Shown here one piece after another: positions 49,458 through 63,862 of a stretch of DNA of 64,000 nt. The stretch's first letter is position 1; each line of letters starts with the position of its first letter. The position numbers and the translations under genes were made by a program. The notes under the pieces were generated by a model. That model saw nothing but the letters and a program-made list of their open reading frames with translations. It ran no database searches and had not been told where the DNA came from. Source of the DNA: Octopus sinensis (lineage: Eukaryota); NCBI RefSeq assembly GCF_006345805.1, contig NW_021834785.1, positions 1 through 64,000 of the forward strand, read 5' to 3'.

Positions 49458-50995
49458 TTATATATATATATACACGTAGACGCACAATTTTATACATACT
49501 GCAGATACTAAAGGTGCGTGGTCTTGTCGTTAAGGTATTCGGCGTGTTTATGTATACAGCTTACTATCATAACAGTGACTAAGATACAGTAGAAATACTG
49601 GCCGCGCCATCAAAATTGAGAGCACAACACATTAGAAACATTTAAGACAGAACCAATTACTAAACGAGGATGAACACAATAACCACAGGTTTCATACCCT
49701 GGTGATTATAAATACATTCTATGCGTGTTATTTCTCGGTCCATTATCAGTTTAAGATATCGAAGTAAGGTTACATAAAGGGGAAGAAATTGCTAGATTAT
49801 TTGTTCAACTGAGGGTTTTCTGGCGCCATTTGAAGCAGACAATAGTTTGTAAGTCCCTATAACTGAATGTATACACTAGTATTATCTTTATAATCGAATA
49901 TTGATGATGATGATGATGATGATGATAATGATGGTAGTAGTAGTAGTTGTGGTGGTAGTGGTGATAGTAGTGATGGTGATGATGATGATGATGATGATGA
50001 TAATACATTATTATATCTATATATGTGTCTATGAATGGATGCGTTGTGTGCGAATACTAACGCACTTTCACACGTGCATACGCACATAATAGCGCGCGCA
50101 CACACACACATATACCCGCCTATTTTGCCAGTTCTTATAAATTGCTTAGATGCCACATACTCATACATGCGTGTAGACACATCTACATTTATATACTTCT
50201 ATTCACGTTTATATACATACTGACGTATAAACATACCCAATCTTATTATATTCACACAGATATTCAGGTAGTAAAATATGCACACGCTCTGATGCACTGA
50301 CGCATACACATCAATGTATAAAGTCATGCACCGCAATACATCTATCTTTATCATACGCACGTCTATAGATAGCATAAGGAAGAAAGAGAGAAAATGTGAG
50401 CAGAGTATAGATTAATAGTTATAAAAAAGATAAATATACTGAAAGATAGGTTTCACCAATTTATATGTTAATACCAATTATTAAATCAATTTGCCGCAAG
50501 ATTGTCTAACATTAAAAAAGTTAAAACACACAAATAAAAAGATGGGATAAAAAAAAAAACGAGGGAAAAGAAGTTAAAACCATAGTGTGATTATCATAAC
50601 CGTGATTGACGATGAATTAGACGAGAAAAATGGCGCCATTACCGATCTGTGTCGTCTGCTGATAGAAGGGAGAGAAAAATGACTTAATGCGCCATTGTGG
50701 TACCTGATGTTACAGTTCTTTGAAGATAGAAACTGAGAGAGAAATAATTTTGTACTTGGCGAGCGTTCACTGCTTATTTGTAAATATGTCTTAGCCATTT
50801 TAGTGGAAGGGTATGCAGTATTATGGAGATCGAATTCACGTCTCTGAGGAAACTTCCTAATGATGGTGCTGATAAAAATATTCCTTTATTTCTATTAATA
50901 ACACAAAACACGAAGCACAGAAAAATCCATTATTGCAACAATAGCTATACTATTTATGAAAATGTACGAAAATGTTTGTAATACATGTAAGTATG

Positions 50996-51029
<34 letters not shown>

Positions 51030-51044
51030 TGTATGTATGTGTGC

Positions 51045-51079
<35 letters not shown>

Positions 51080-51826
51080 CAGAGAGAGAGAGAGAGAGAG
51101 AAAGACAGACAGAGACAAATGTATATATACATACATTTCTGTATATATGTGCACTTAAACATATGCATTTAATATATATATACATATATATATGTGCAAA
51201 TGTGTGTGTGTGTATATATATATATATATACACACACACACATACAGCGCATAAATGTATACACGTGTGTTTATAGGAGCAGTATGGCTGAACGGTTGGA
51301 AAATATGCTTTTGCAGCACCTGTTCCCACTTCCACTCTCACTGCGTTATATCTTGGGCTAGTATCATTTTCTATACCCTTAAGTTGACCGATACCGTGTG
51401 AGTGAAACTGGGAAAACTCCATAAAAGACCATTGAATAGGAGTTGAACATTTTACCTGTAGTCCAACAAACTTAATCATACTCTGTGTTGCGCTGATTCT
51501 ACAAGGAAATTACACAAAGGATACACGTACCTGCAGAATGCTCAGTCACTTACACAGTAATTCATGAGATATCAGTTGACTGAACAACTGCATCCACATC
51601 ATTGATCGAGGGGAATACACCAAAACAACCATTTCCACTGCCGCTAAGCATTTCGCCCGGCATTCGGGTCTGATAAAATAAAGTACCAGTCAAGTACTAG
51701 GGTCGACATAATCGAATAACTCAGCATTCCAAAAATATTTCTGATCTCGAGCCTAAATCATAAAGCTTTGGTTGTCCAATCATTCCGATTTAATGAGACT
51801 GGACTAGTAGTTTATATGTATCGTAC

Positions 51827-52230
51827 CCTTTTACTCTTTTACTTGTTTCAGTCATTTGACTGCGGCCATGCTGGAGCACTGCCTTTAGTCGAGCAAATCG
51901 ACCCCAGAACTTATTCTTTGTAAGCCTAGTACTTATTCTATCGGTCTCTTTCTGCCAAACCGCCAAGTTACGGGGATGTAAACACACCAGCATCGGTTGT
52001 CAAGCGATGTTAGGGGGACAACCGCAGACACACAAACACACACACTCACATATATATACATATACATATATACGACGGGCTTCTTTCAGTTTCCGTCTAC
52101 CAAATCCACTCACAAGGCTTTGGTCATCCCGGGGCTATAGTAGAATACACTTGCTCAAGGTGCCACGCAATGGGACTGAACCCGGAACCGTGTGTTTGGT
52201 AAGCAAGCTACTTACCACACAGCCACTCCT
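51827..52230 (-). mobile_element. CORE-like SINE with internal microsatellite
   Basis: Reverse complement of the 29891-30297 family, near full length. Confidence 0.85.
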
Positions 52231-52452
52231 TGTGAAAATGGTTGCTTGTTGGACGAGGCTGAAAAGTTTAAGGACAAACACTTTCCTTTTCGGTCAAGCC
52301 TCCATCAAGCTCTACTTGAAAGAGAAAGTAAGGGTGCAGAGGGAAGCAATTACTTTCAGCGAATTTTGTTAAAAAGTGTCTTGGGGCTGCGGCAAAAATG
52401 CTTATGGTGAAGGAATTTCTTTAAGCGTAACAGCAAAAATACTTTATTCTAG

Positions 52453-52693
52453 TCTTTTACTTGTTTCAGTCATATGATTGTGACCATACTGGAGCACCGC
52501 TTTTAGTCGAACAAATCGACCCCAGGACTTATTCTTTGTAAGCCTCGTACTTATTCTATCGGTCCCTTTTACCGAACCGCTAAGTTACGGGGACGTAAAA
52601 ACACTAGTATCGGTTGTCAAGCGATGTTGGTGGGGGACAAAAACAGACACACAAACACACACACACACACACACACACGCGCGCGCACACAGT

Positions 52694-52725
<32 letters not shown>

Positions 52726-52876
52726 CATATATACGATGGGCTTCTTTCAGTTTCCGTCTACCAAATCCACTCACAAGGCTTTGGTCAGCCCGAAGCTATA
52801 GTAGAAGACACTTGCCCAAGGTGCCACGCAGTGGGAATGAACCCGGGACCGTGTGGGTCGTAAGCAAATGTTACCA
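52453..52876 (-). mobile_element. CORE-like SINE with internal microsatellite
   Basis: Second copy ~220 bp from the previous one, same strand. Confidence 0.85.
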
Positions 52877-54018
52877 TATTTTTATATATCGTGTATTTTT
52901 GTATATCGTCTTCCTCTAATTTCTCCCCACCTTATTCTTTTTACCCCACCCATTTTATGTAACCTGTCTTCGTAATGTCCTCCACAGCTGATGCTCCTAT
53001 GGCGAATAAAAGAAATCATCATTATCATCATCATCATCATCATCATCGTCGTCGTCGTCGTCGTTGTCGTGGTAGTGATAGTGGTGGTGATGGTGGTGGT
53101 TTCTCTTTTTATGTGCAATCACCTAAGATATACGTTATCTGTCTCACCCACCGTATATCTCTAGACATGTTGCAATGATGTCAGAAACATCGTTGTCAGA
53201 TGTCAAACAGCTTTCTTCAGCCATCTTTAAAAGGTTTCTCTAAATCTGATAATTTAAAACGGGTTCTTTGCCGTTACTGTTGTTGTTGTTGTTGTTGTTG
53301 TTGTTACTGCCGCTGTTGCATTCGCTGTAGTTAATTTTCTTGTTCTTGTTGCTGCTATTTCTGTTCTTCGTGTTGCCTTTGTTTTATTGTTGTTGTAGTT
53401 GTTGCAGATTATATTACTACTGTTTGTTACTGATAATTTTGTTGCAGTTATTTTTACCATTCTTGTGATTGTTGCTGCTGCTACTGCTACTGCTGCTGTT
53501 GCTCTTTTTGTAGTTATTGAAGTTGTTGATGTTGCTGCTGCTGTTACTACTACTGCTGCTGTAAATATTGTTGTTGTTGTTGTTGTGTTTATACAACTAT
53601 ACAATCAATGGGTATTTATTATGGCTTGTTTCCATAATCTTATATATTTAGTATTTTTATATCTACCTAAATTTCTCAAAATTTCTCACCAACTTATTAC
53701 CTTTACTCTCTGACTCTTCCTTTCTCTCTCTCTCTCTTCTTCCTCTCTTTCTTTTCTTAATCCATATACCATTTACCCTCAATAATTTTCCCGTATATAT
53801 ATATATCCCTCTTCCCTCATCTCACTTCCCTCTCGCTATTTCCATTAGACACCATGAGCCAGCCACCATAGCCCACTTCCCCTCCTGCACTCTTACGTTA
53901 TATCACTTCTCAACCGCACCCTTTTATCTTACGCCCCCACTATCATAAACTATCACCCCCTCATCTACACCAACCTGACTATTTCTTCTTTACACTGCCT
54001 CAAACACCTTATTCACCC

Positions 54019-54320
54019 TTCTTCTTCTTCTTCTTCTTCTTCTTCTTCTTCTTTTTCTTCTTCTTGTTCTTCTTGTTCTTCTTCTTCTTCTTCTTCTTCT
54101 TCTTCTTCTTCTTCTTTTTCTTCTTCTTGTTCTTCGTCTTCTTGTTCTTGTTCTTCTTGTTCTTGTTCTTGTTCTTCTTGTTCTTGTTCTTGTTCTTCTT
54201 GTTCTTGTTCTTCTTGTTCTTCTTGTCCTTCTTATCCTTCTTCTTTTTCTTCTTGTTCTTGTTCTTGTTCTTGTTCTTGTTCTTGTTCTTCTTTTTCTTC
54301 TCCTCCTCCTCCTCCTCCCC
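54019..54320. repeat. Compound (CTT)n/(GTTCTT)n/(CCT)n repeat
   Basis: Source of the poly-K and poly-F ORFs. Confidence 0.95.
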
Positions 54321-54632
54321 CTCCTCTCTTTTCAAGCTCTTTCCCCCTCTCTCTTCTTAAGCCCTTCTCTCTATCTCTCACTCACCCTTCATCTCTTCCT
54401 TATTCTATATCGCCTCTCTCTGTCACTCTCCTTCTATCTCATCTTCTCTCATCCGTATTCATATTCTTAATATATCTTCCCCCTTCACCTTCATACCTCT
54501 CCTCTCCTGTACGCGTATTCTTGCTCAAAAGCTTTCCTCTCACTACATATCTCTTTCAATCTCACCTTACACATTTTTTCTCCGTCTCCTTCTATATTAT
54601 CCATTGCACCTAAGCCGTAGATATTTACTCTC

Positions 54633-54703
<71 letters not shown>

Positions 54704-54839
54704 GTCTGTCAGTTTGCCTGTCTGTCTGTCAGTTTGTCTGACTGTCTGTCTGTCTGTCCATGTATGTGTGTATGTATGTATGCATGTATGTATGTATGTA
54801 TGTATGTATGTATGTATGTATGTATGTATGTATGTATGA

Positions 54840-54892
<53 letters not shown>

Positions 54893-55653
54893 ACTATCTA
54901 TAATAATATATAGTAATATTCCCAATATATTTACATTATATTGGATCCGATATAGCTACTCCGTTTATTCCTCGTATAATTTATTTTGTCATTACGACCT
55001 CTTCTGCCAACCATCCCCCCCCCAAAAAAAAACAATTGAGTGTCGGTAAGGTTAGAAGTGGGCGGTGCTAAAAGAAACTTTACGGTTTTCTTTCTTTCTT
55101 TCTTTCTTTCTTTCTCAATCTTGAAGTATCCTTAACACACACACACACAAACACACATCCACAATCCTTCTATCACCTTTTTCGTTCTATTTCTTTTTTT
55201 TTAAAGCAATTTTACAACTAAAATAGATAGAAATATATAAATAGAGAAATAATTGAAGAAAAAATAGATAGAAAGATAGACAGATAGCGAAAAAAAAAAA
55301 AGAGAACAAGAAGAATAGAACCTGATATGGAGATATATTTATATATCCCAGTGTGTTAAACGTAATTCCGTGTTTGCTTTTAAGAAATGGAAGCCCTTCA
55401 AATAACGCACGGCTTATGCGATACGTACAGGCTTAACTAAATGCACATACATATACAGGAGATACACGCACAAAATCACACACACAGAGAAGTAATACAC
55501 ATAAGCACACGTACTTCTATTCAGTAATATGGACGTTAATCTAACAACGAGCATTATCCCTCGATTCAATTCTCTCGTTGAACTTCTATTTTCAATAAAT
55601 ATATCATACATATATGCTACTTCATTTTAGCTACATGTGACACCATGTGTTGC

Positions 55654-55772
<119 letters not shown>

Positions 55773-55821
55773 GTCTATCTATCCATATTTCTGCATGTTT
55801 TTCTGTTTGCCTCACTATACA

Positions 55822-55889
<68 letters not shown>

Positions 55890-56234
55890 GTATAATATAT
55901 TATATGTACATATTACATACGTATACATACATATTTTGTCAATGAAAAATTTCTTACGCTCTGCCCCTTTATGTACAAATGCCAGAAAGAGTCGCTCAGT
56001 ATCTAAGATAGATTCAGTAGAAATAGAAAGAAACCGAAAGTAATTCAAACAATTTACAACGCCATTACACTGAGTTTTGCGTTAACGCTTTTACATTGCA
56101 TTAAGGTTTGTATAAAATCTTACCTAGGTCTTATGCATTTAACTATCATGAGGCTTAAAGTATGTATGTGTGTGTTTGTGTGCATGTGTACATATATATA
56201 TACATGTAATATATATAATATATATATATATTAT

Positions 56235-56269
<35 letters not shown>

Positions 56270-56329
56270 GCATATACATATATATATAATATATTTTTTA
56301 TATATATATAGGGAGAGTTTACGAAAAAC

Positions 56330-56461
56330 ACAAAAGACGAAGACAGGTGGTGTACAAAACAAACAGATGTATTAGTATAACGCTCAGGAATAGAAAAAAG
56401 TCTTTTACGTTTCGAGCCTACACTCTTCTACAGAAAAGGACACAGAAAAAACAAGGAAAGA

Positions 56462-56462
<1 letters not shown>
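56330..56462. mobile_element. Penelope-like terminal repeat, family C
   Basis: gggagagtttacgaaaaacacaaaagacgaagacaggtgg..ttacgtttcgagcctacactcttctacag, flanked by TA repeats. Confidence 0.6.
56402..56438 (-). ncRNA. Variant minimal hammerhead motif (CUGU core)
   Basis: CUUU-u-CUGUAGA-A-GAGU guag GCUC-GAAAC-GUA-AAAG: palindromic ACGU stem III, A6 replaced by U. Confidence 0.45.
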
Positions 56463-56500
<38 letters not shown>

Positions 56501-57219
56501 ATATTAGGATTCAGTTGAATGAGGTACTTAAAACTAAGGCACCGGGTTGGGTCAGAATTAAAATGCATACACACCAATTATAGACGAATACCAACTTCGG
56601 TGCAGAAGTACTGGCGGAAGGATATTCAGGTTATGTATGCAATTAACTGAATCCGACTGAGGTTATCATCATCCCCTGGACTAATTCAGAAACGCATATT
56701 TTGTTAAATATACGGTCCATAAAGTACCTTGGTACACGCGAAGTGCACGTTCCGAGAGGCTGAATTATAAATAAAGAAATAACAAATGATGGATAGGTAC
56801 CAATTCATCACAACCGTTTCTAAAGAATTTTAAAAATTGATCACTGAGTACATTATATCATTATGAGAAAACCATTTTCTTCAGATGAATACAAATTTTA
56901 CAGCTAAGAACATTTCAGAAAATTCAAAATCCATATTTGGTGATTCCACGATTGACGCTTGTCGTAGAATAAGCTTGCTAAACCAAAACAAAGCAAATTC
57001 AAGTGGTTTAGTAGGAGGGGACATCATTATGACATATATCTTAAATACACCCCTTTCATTTAATCGACTGTCCTTGTGTGCCAAGATGTAATGTTCATAC
57101 GTAGTACAGTAAAGTCCATCCCCCCCACTAACTGTTGTCCTCTAAAGACATAAATAGTGGTACACTTGCAGGGGTGCACTGCTGTTACATGAACAATATC
57201 TCAAACTTCACAAACCGGT

Positions 57220-57412
57220 TTCAAAATTTGGCACAAGGCAAGCAGTTTCGAGAGAGGGGCTAAGTTGATTAAATCGACCCCAATGTTCAACTGGTGCTAA
57301 AAAATGAAAGTCAAAGTCGACCCCAGCGGTATTTGAACTCAGAACGTAAAGACGGACGAAATACCATAAAGTATTATGCCCGAGTTGCTGACGATTAAGT
57401 CAGCTCACCGTC
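57220..57412 (-). mobile_element. Nin-like SINE
   Basis: Plus strand aaatcgaccccaatg..caaagtcgaccccagcggtatttgaactcagaacgt is the reverse complement of the family. Confidence 0.75.
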
Positions 57413-57573
57413 ATTTGATTCTACATATTACACTCATACCACCACACACATTATATAATTCTCTCATATCTACTCCCGCCATCTGATGCAGCGGGTTGGG
57501 GACAACATTAAGAGGGATAATGAAAAACAATGTATATGTATATATACGCAGGCCCACACACACATAATATGTT

Positions 57574-57665
<92 letters not shown>

Positions 57666-58336
57666 CACACAAACATATTATGTGTGTGTGTGTGTGTGTG
57701 TGCGTGTGTGTGTGTGTGTGTTTGTCAGTCTGTGGATGTCGGAACCAGAATGAAACCTTCCACTTCTTCCAATAGATCTTTATTTCAAAACGTATTTGGT
57801 AGGTTCTCTCTTTCCAAGATGTAGTGGTGCGTATGTGTGTGAGTGTGTGGGCCTGCGTGTACACACACAAACACACACACATGCACACACACACACACAC
57901 TGACGCACACGTACATGCACTTTGCACACATACACGCTCACACAGAGGTCATCTCTTAAACGTCACTGATATATTTTTAGGAAAGTTCGTCTTCAAGAGA
58001 AACGATGAGAAGCGAAACCAATTTCACCATAGTGACGCTATTTACGAGATTTTTAGGTGACTTAATATAGATGAAACATTCTCTGCTTTTGAAGTGATTC
58101 ATTTGCATCTCTTAAATCCAATTTTCTTATTTACTTTACCTTGTAAATTATATTTTTAAAGTACTGTCGTACTTTAAATTAGATAAATGCCCATAAAATA
58201 GATATAAAAAAATTATAACCTAGGGGATGAAACTCAGTGACGCATATTCTGTTTCTGCATTATTTAATTTTACTTTTGTTCAGGTATTTTTAAAATGATC
58301 AAAATATTATTTTATATATGTGTCTTATATTGTATG

Positions 58337-58568
58337 TGGAGAACGTGGCTTAGTGGTTAGGGTGTCAGCATCATGATCGTAAGATTGTGGTTTCGATTCC
58401 CGGACCAGGCGCCGCGTTGTGTTCTTGAGCAAAACATTTCATTTCACGTTGCTCCCGTCCACTCAGCTGGCAAAAATGAGTGACGTTGCGATGGACTGGC
58501 GTCCCGTCCAGCTGGGGAACACATGCGCCATTGGAAACGGGGATCTGCCTAGGCTTTAAAAGGGCACA
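58337..58568 (+). mobile_element. tRNA-headed SINE family 4 with V-like tail
   Basis: A box tggcttagtggttagg, B box ggtttcgattccc, cgcgttgtgttcttgagcaaaac core, tail gcgatggactggcgtcccgtccag..ggctttaaaagggc. Confidence 0.85.
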
Positions 58569-58751
58569 TTTATTTATTTTATTATATTGTATATATTTTA
58601 ACATAAAATTATATGTATCAAGATACATAATTGCTATTTAATATATATCTTTTCACAAATATTTGCTATATGCTTTATGTGTTTTCATGCATAATTGCTA
58701 CTATACATGATATGTATATTGAGAAATAATTGCTATGTAATAAGGTGGTGA

Positions 58752-58932
58752 GGTGGCCAAATGCTTGGCGGCATTTCGTTCGTCTTTACGTTCTGAGTTC
58801 GAATTCCGCCGGAATAGACTTTGCCTTCCATCCTCTCAGGGTCGATAAAATAAGTACTAGTTGAACAGTGGGGTCGATGTAATCGACTCATTCCCTCCCC
58901 CAAATTAGCTGCCTTTGTGGCAACATTTGAAA

Positions 58933-58935
<3 letters not shown>
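58752..58935 (+). mobile_element. Nin-like SINE, 5'-truncated
   Basis: cgttctgagttcgaattccgccgg..gccttccatcctctcagggtcgataaaataagtac. Confidence 0.8.
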
Positions 58936-58971
<36 letters not shown>

Positions 58972-58996
58972 TATTATTATTATCATTATTATTCTT

Positions 58997-59295
58997 GAGT
59001 GGGAGAGCAGTGCATGCCATCAAAGTTACACTGGGGTAAAATATACGAAGCCCAGTATACCCATCATGACTACCCGTCTCATAAGGGTACACTAGGCACA
59101 TGCATCACAACCATATGTGCGCGACATGGTGATCTCATATCAAGACAAACAACACATGACCTTGAAGGTGGTGCCCAGTTAGAAATTTCTTCTGGTCGAG
59201 TAACCCATCCTGCTCAAAAGGTCCCTGAATAAGGGTTGTTTAAGGATGTTGAACGGAACACCTATGTTTCCGGAGGTGAATTATTTAAACCCCAA
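58997..59295 (-). mobile_element. ~560-bp element, 5'-truncated copy 5
   Basis: Same 3' end next to (AAT)n; 5' side abuts a 150-bp (AAT)n/(AAC)n tract at 59296-59446. Confidence 0.85.
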
Positions 59296-59297
59296 TT

Positions 59298-59445
<148 letters not shown>

Positions 59446-59902
59446 GAGGGTAATGCGCCTCCATTTTGAGAAATATAGATTTTTTTCAATATACACAATT
59501 CACAATTCTTAGTCCTATTAACAATTAGAAAGGCATGAATATTACAGATTCCTATAAACCTTATTATATTGTGGCCTACCAACCAACTAATAAGTTCATA
59601 TTAAAGATTCTCATATCGAACATAGTAATAAACGGAGTGCCAAGTTTGTAAGAGAGTTTCGATTCTTGGCTGGAACCATTTCCGTATGTATTCGTTGTCA
59701 ATGTCATCGAACTCAAATGAACTCGGTGAGATCAAGGTAACGTCAGCTGCAATCTGAGATCGAACCTGGCATACCTACTTCTTGATCCTGTACATCGAGT
59801 ATTGATTGCACTCCATTCACAAAATCGCTGCCAAAATATATAGACATAGATTTCTCCATATCTTTAGAAGTGAATTGTAGTTCTATGTACGTACGTACAT
59901 AC

Positions 59903-59933
<31 letters not shown>

Positions 59934-60128
59934 TGTATGTATGTATGTATGTATGCATGTATACTTATACATATATTATGCATGTATTGGTGCCTCTGTA
60001 TTTACGTAAGTATATAGTCACTCACAAACTCACAATGTATGCACACATACACTCTTTCGTATGTACATGCATATATATGTATATAGATACGCATGTGTAT
60101 ATATATATATATATTATATATACAAGCG

Positions 60129-60160
<32 letters not shown>

Positions 60161-60471
60161 CACACACACACGTAAAACGTGCATAAAAAATCAATAACTG
60201 AGTTCTAAGGAGAAATATCTCTATCGATCTTTGGGTGTTCAATAAAGTAGTCTTGCTGCTTAGCAACAACAAAATATCAGTGTTATCCAAGTCAACCGTC
60301 TTTGACCCATCCTTGGCGATGGAATCTATGAATCTCAACTGAACCATTCTCTTTCGACTCCAGAACTTTCTTTCCTCTTTTCAAAAGTTAATCTATTTCA
60401 AAAGAACAATCTAGTTAATAGAAAGAAAGCAGCCAAACAGAACAAAAACAAAACAAAACAAAACATAATGA

Positions 60472-60522
<51 letters not shown>

Positions 60523-60530
60523 TAATAATA

Positions 60531-60576
<46 letters not shown>

Positions 60577-61314
60577 CAATAATAACAACAACAACAGCAG
60601 AAGGCGAAAGAAACAATAAAACACCTCATTTGAAATAAAAACTAAATGTTTGCTATTTGTGGAATAGAATCGCAGGTTGAGCGTTTTATGTATTGTTTTT
60701 GTTTCATTTCCGTAATTAGCGAATTAATGCCTTTTTTTAAAAAAAAAGTTTTCCTCGTTTTATTTTTTTATAAATTTTATGTACTTTATTTATATTCTAT
60801 GTTTTTACTTTTGATGCTTTCTTCCGCCATTCTTTTGGTTTTATTTTGATTAGTTTTCGCTATAAATTCACCTTTAGCTTTCGGCTAGACTATTTTCAAA
60901 GTGACTATGAAGGGTCGGGAACAAATTAAAATCGATTAATAATAATAGTGATTGGTGTACAATTTAGCAAGAAGAGCACAGTCGATTTGATTGACTTCAA
61001 TTCTTGACTTGGGCGCATTTTAACGACCCCGGGCGAAGGAAGGGCAAACTGAACTCCGCGAAGAATTTAAGAGACATAACTAAATACTACCAATTATTTT
61101 GCGAAATTCTGGTACTGACCACAGAAAACATATCAATAACTTTGTTGGTGTGTATATACGATAATTGCATTGATGTCAGTACGAAAGTTGTTTTATATTT
61201 CATCGGGCATATAAAAAGCAAATTACGCCTAAATGGGATTAGAATTTGGAAAATCCTCGTCGATTTCACTGACTTTACCGTCTACTGCCTAACGCCGTAA
61301 TAAATAAGAACCAA

Positions 61315-62290
61315 AAACTAAAATTTAAAACAGAACATAAAGCAAGAAATAAAATGATAGCTATAGACATGTTAGTTGTCCCAGTCGGATTGTACAGCTT
61401 CAAAATAAATCAAAATTCGGTGGATTGATGAGTTTAGATATAGAAAACATATGAGGAAACTAGTCACTGCAGTTCAAGTTCAACATTTTAAAGCTGATTT
61501 AAAAAGAATATACTTATACCAAATGCACAGAGGAATAGACGGCAAAGAATCAGGGACCTATTACTAAGTAGTGATAGTAGGTCTATAAAAATATCTAGGA
61601 AAATGTTAAAAACCGAAGTGACTAATACAATTAGTAAACCCCACTAAAAGTTACCTAAAAGTAATTTTTTTTATAAGGAATTAAAACGATGCCGACCAGG
61701 AATTAATTATTGCGAGGAAAATGTTCTAGGGGGTAAAAGAATATTCTTTAATGAAAAATACGTGATAAAATAATTGAATATTGAGAAAAAGCTTTCAACG
61801 GTACGAATCCATTCAGCATGACTCGACAATGAAGTGAGCTAATATGAAAAACAAAAATGGTTCAAAACTTCTGACGGTTTTAATTTGACTGGGTAAGACG
61901 ATGGAGATATAGCCACAAGGCACAATGAAAATAGGCAATTAAACAAGTGGTTAATATCAACAGTAGGCTATGCAAAGAATATAATGAATAGCGTTAGAAA
62001 ATTTCTCAGCAGTGTCGGGAAGAATGCTTAATTAAGTACACAACAATTATGTTAGCCAACAATGTAAAGAGGTTGTCCACCATTTTATTCCTGGTTGATC
62101 TGTTCAAGCAAAGACATTATATTCACCGCTATAATCGAATAAATAACCATTTGTAATAATATACAAATACTTCGACATAGAGGCTAAAAATATATGGCCA
62201 ATGGATATACCAAAACTAACATGTAACAATGAAAACCAGAAGATTTTATCCACTGTCATCTACCTTTTGGAATGCTATCAATAGTACTAA
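61315..62290 (+). mobile_element. Ancient R4-like relic
   Basis: 61321 onward reads KFKTEHKARNKMIAIDMLVVPVGLYSFKIN (family A: VLKSELNARNKVLAINSLAVPVVTYSYN); downstream remnants KADLKRIYL, VGL*KYL, HYIHRYNRI occur in the same order as in family A. Confidence 0.65.
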
Positions 62291-62844
62291 TAGATGTTAA
62301 TTACAATAATTAAAATAGCAGAAGGAATATAGTTTGGTCAAAATTGCTGGCCTTGTGCCAAAATTTGAAACCAGTATTAATCGTACTTAATATATTCCTG
62401 GTTCTTATTAGTGCTATATGAAATATTGCATTGTAACCGAGGTAGAAGACTTCAAATTTATAAGAGAAGTAAAATTGGTTTTTATCGACTGTAAAAGAGT
62501 AATAAAAAAATCGATTTTACTTTTTATCTTTTAGTCAGCTGAGAAGACAGTGCCCATGACCCTTTATAGGGTATCCAAAACAGGTGGGAAGGAGGTCTGC
62601 ATGACCCGAAAACTTGACCCAAACGCTGGCATGAACTCTGCTAAAGGCAACCAAGGCACAGATGCTGGTACTAAACCGGGCGACTAATTAAGTCCACCAT
62701 CCTGATTTATACGCAGAACACGAGGAACCGGAACAAAAACAAGACATGTGCTTTAACGAACATTCCACAATTCGATGAACATTTTTACTTTTTTTTTTTT
62801 TTTTTGCACATTACAGTTGCAGTTACCAGCTACGGTTACTCTTA

Positions 62845-63065
62845 CTAATTAAAGCACCGATTAGTATTTTTATCGATTCCAAAAGTATGAAGAGCAAAGT
62901 GGGCCATGGTTGGATTTGAGGTCAGAGCACAATGAGTCAGAACAAATACTATATTGCGAGGCATTTTCACGGACGCTATAACGATTCTGCCATTTTGCGA
63001 ACTTAGATTTGAACTCAAAACGTAAAGATCTGAAACTAAATATGGCAAAATTGTTTGTCCGCCAT
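62845..63065 (-). mobile_element. Degenerate Nin-like SINE
   Basis: tttttatcgattccaaaagtatgaagagcaaag..gatttgaactcaaaacgtaaag; a similar decayed copy lies at ~60950-61130. Confidence 0.55.
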
Positions 63066-63817
63066 GTCACTCCAATAATTCTAGAAATCCGCTTTTATAT
63101 AGAATATTAACAATACAGTCAGCAGTACATATCTATCCACCGTTGCCATCACCAACACCACCATCCCCGTCATCGTTGTCCTCTTCCTCTTCCTCTTCCT
63201 CTTCCTCCTCCTCCTCCTCCTCATCATCATCATTGTCATCATCACCATCATCTTTATATTCTTCGCGGTCTCTAACTAGGATTAGTGTTGTATATTGTAT
63301 AAAACATAATAACAAGTACTAGCATCAGCATCAGCATCAGCATCACCACTATTTATCAGCAGCAGCAGTAATTTTATGTATGACGTCATACCTAGTTAGA
63401 ATGTTATATGTGATATAGAAACATATTGAACTCTAAAAACAAATTAATAAAGACATTGGCGATATGGATGTCATCTGTAAACCGAATAATAAAAATGCCG
63501 TAGAATTTCACATATAGTATAACTTGAAAAACATTTGCAATTGAGAGTATCTAAGCAATTAGAAGTTTACAACTTTCCCTGGTTATATTTAAATCTAAGA
63601 ACGACTAGACATGCAGATAGTTGCAATAAGTTCTGGTGACTGAAATGTTTGTAGAATATATATAATGATGTTATAGAGTGGATTTTGTATGTAAAACAAC
63701 TGATAAAAGCGACAGACATGTTTCGATTTTATTCTGCTTTCTCAGCGAAGCATATTCCACTCCATTGATGAAAATTAAACGATAAGTATACATGTATATG
63801 TATGTATGTATGTATAT

Positions 63818-63859
<42 letters not shown>

Positions 63860-63862
<3 letters not shown>

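Noticed and set aside
56590-56760. SGY..LNPTEVIIIP..IKYLG resembling LINE RT domains 6-7
   Set aside because: Weak, interrupted by a stop, and downstream sequence does not continue the pattern.
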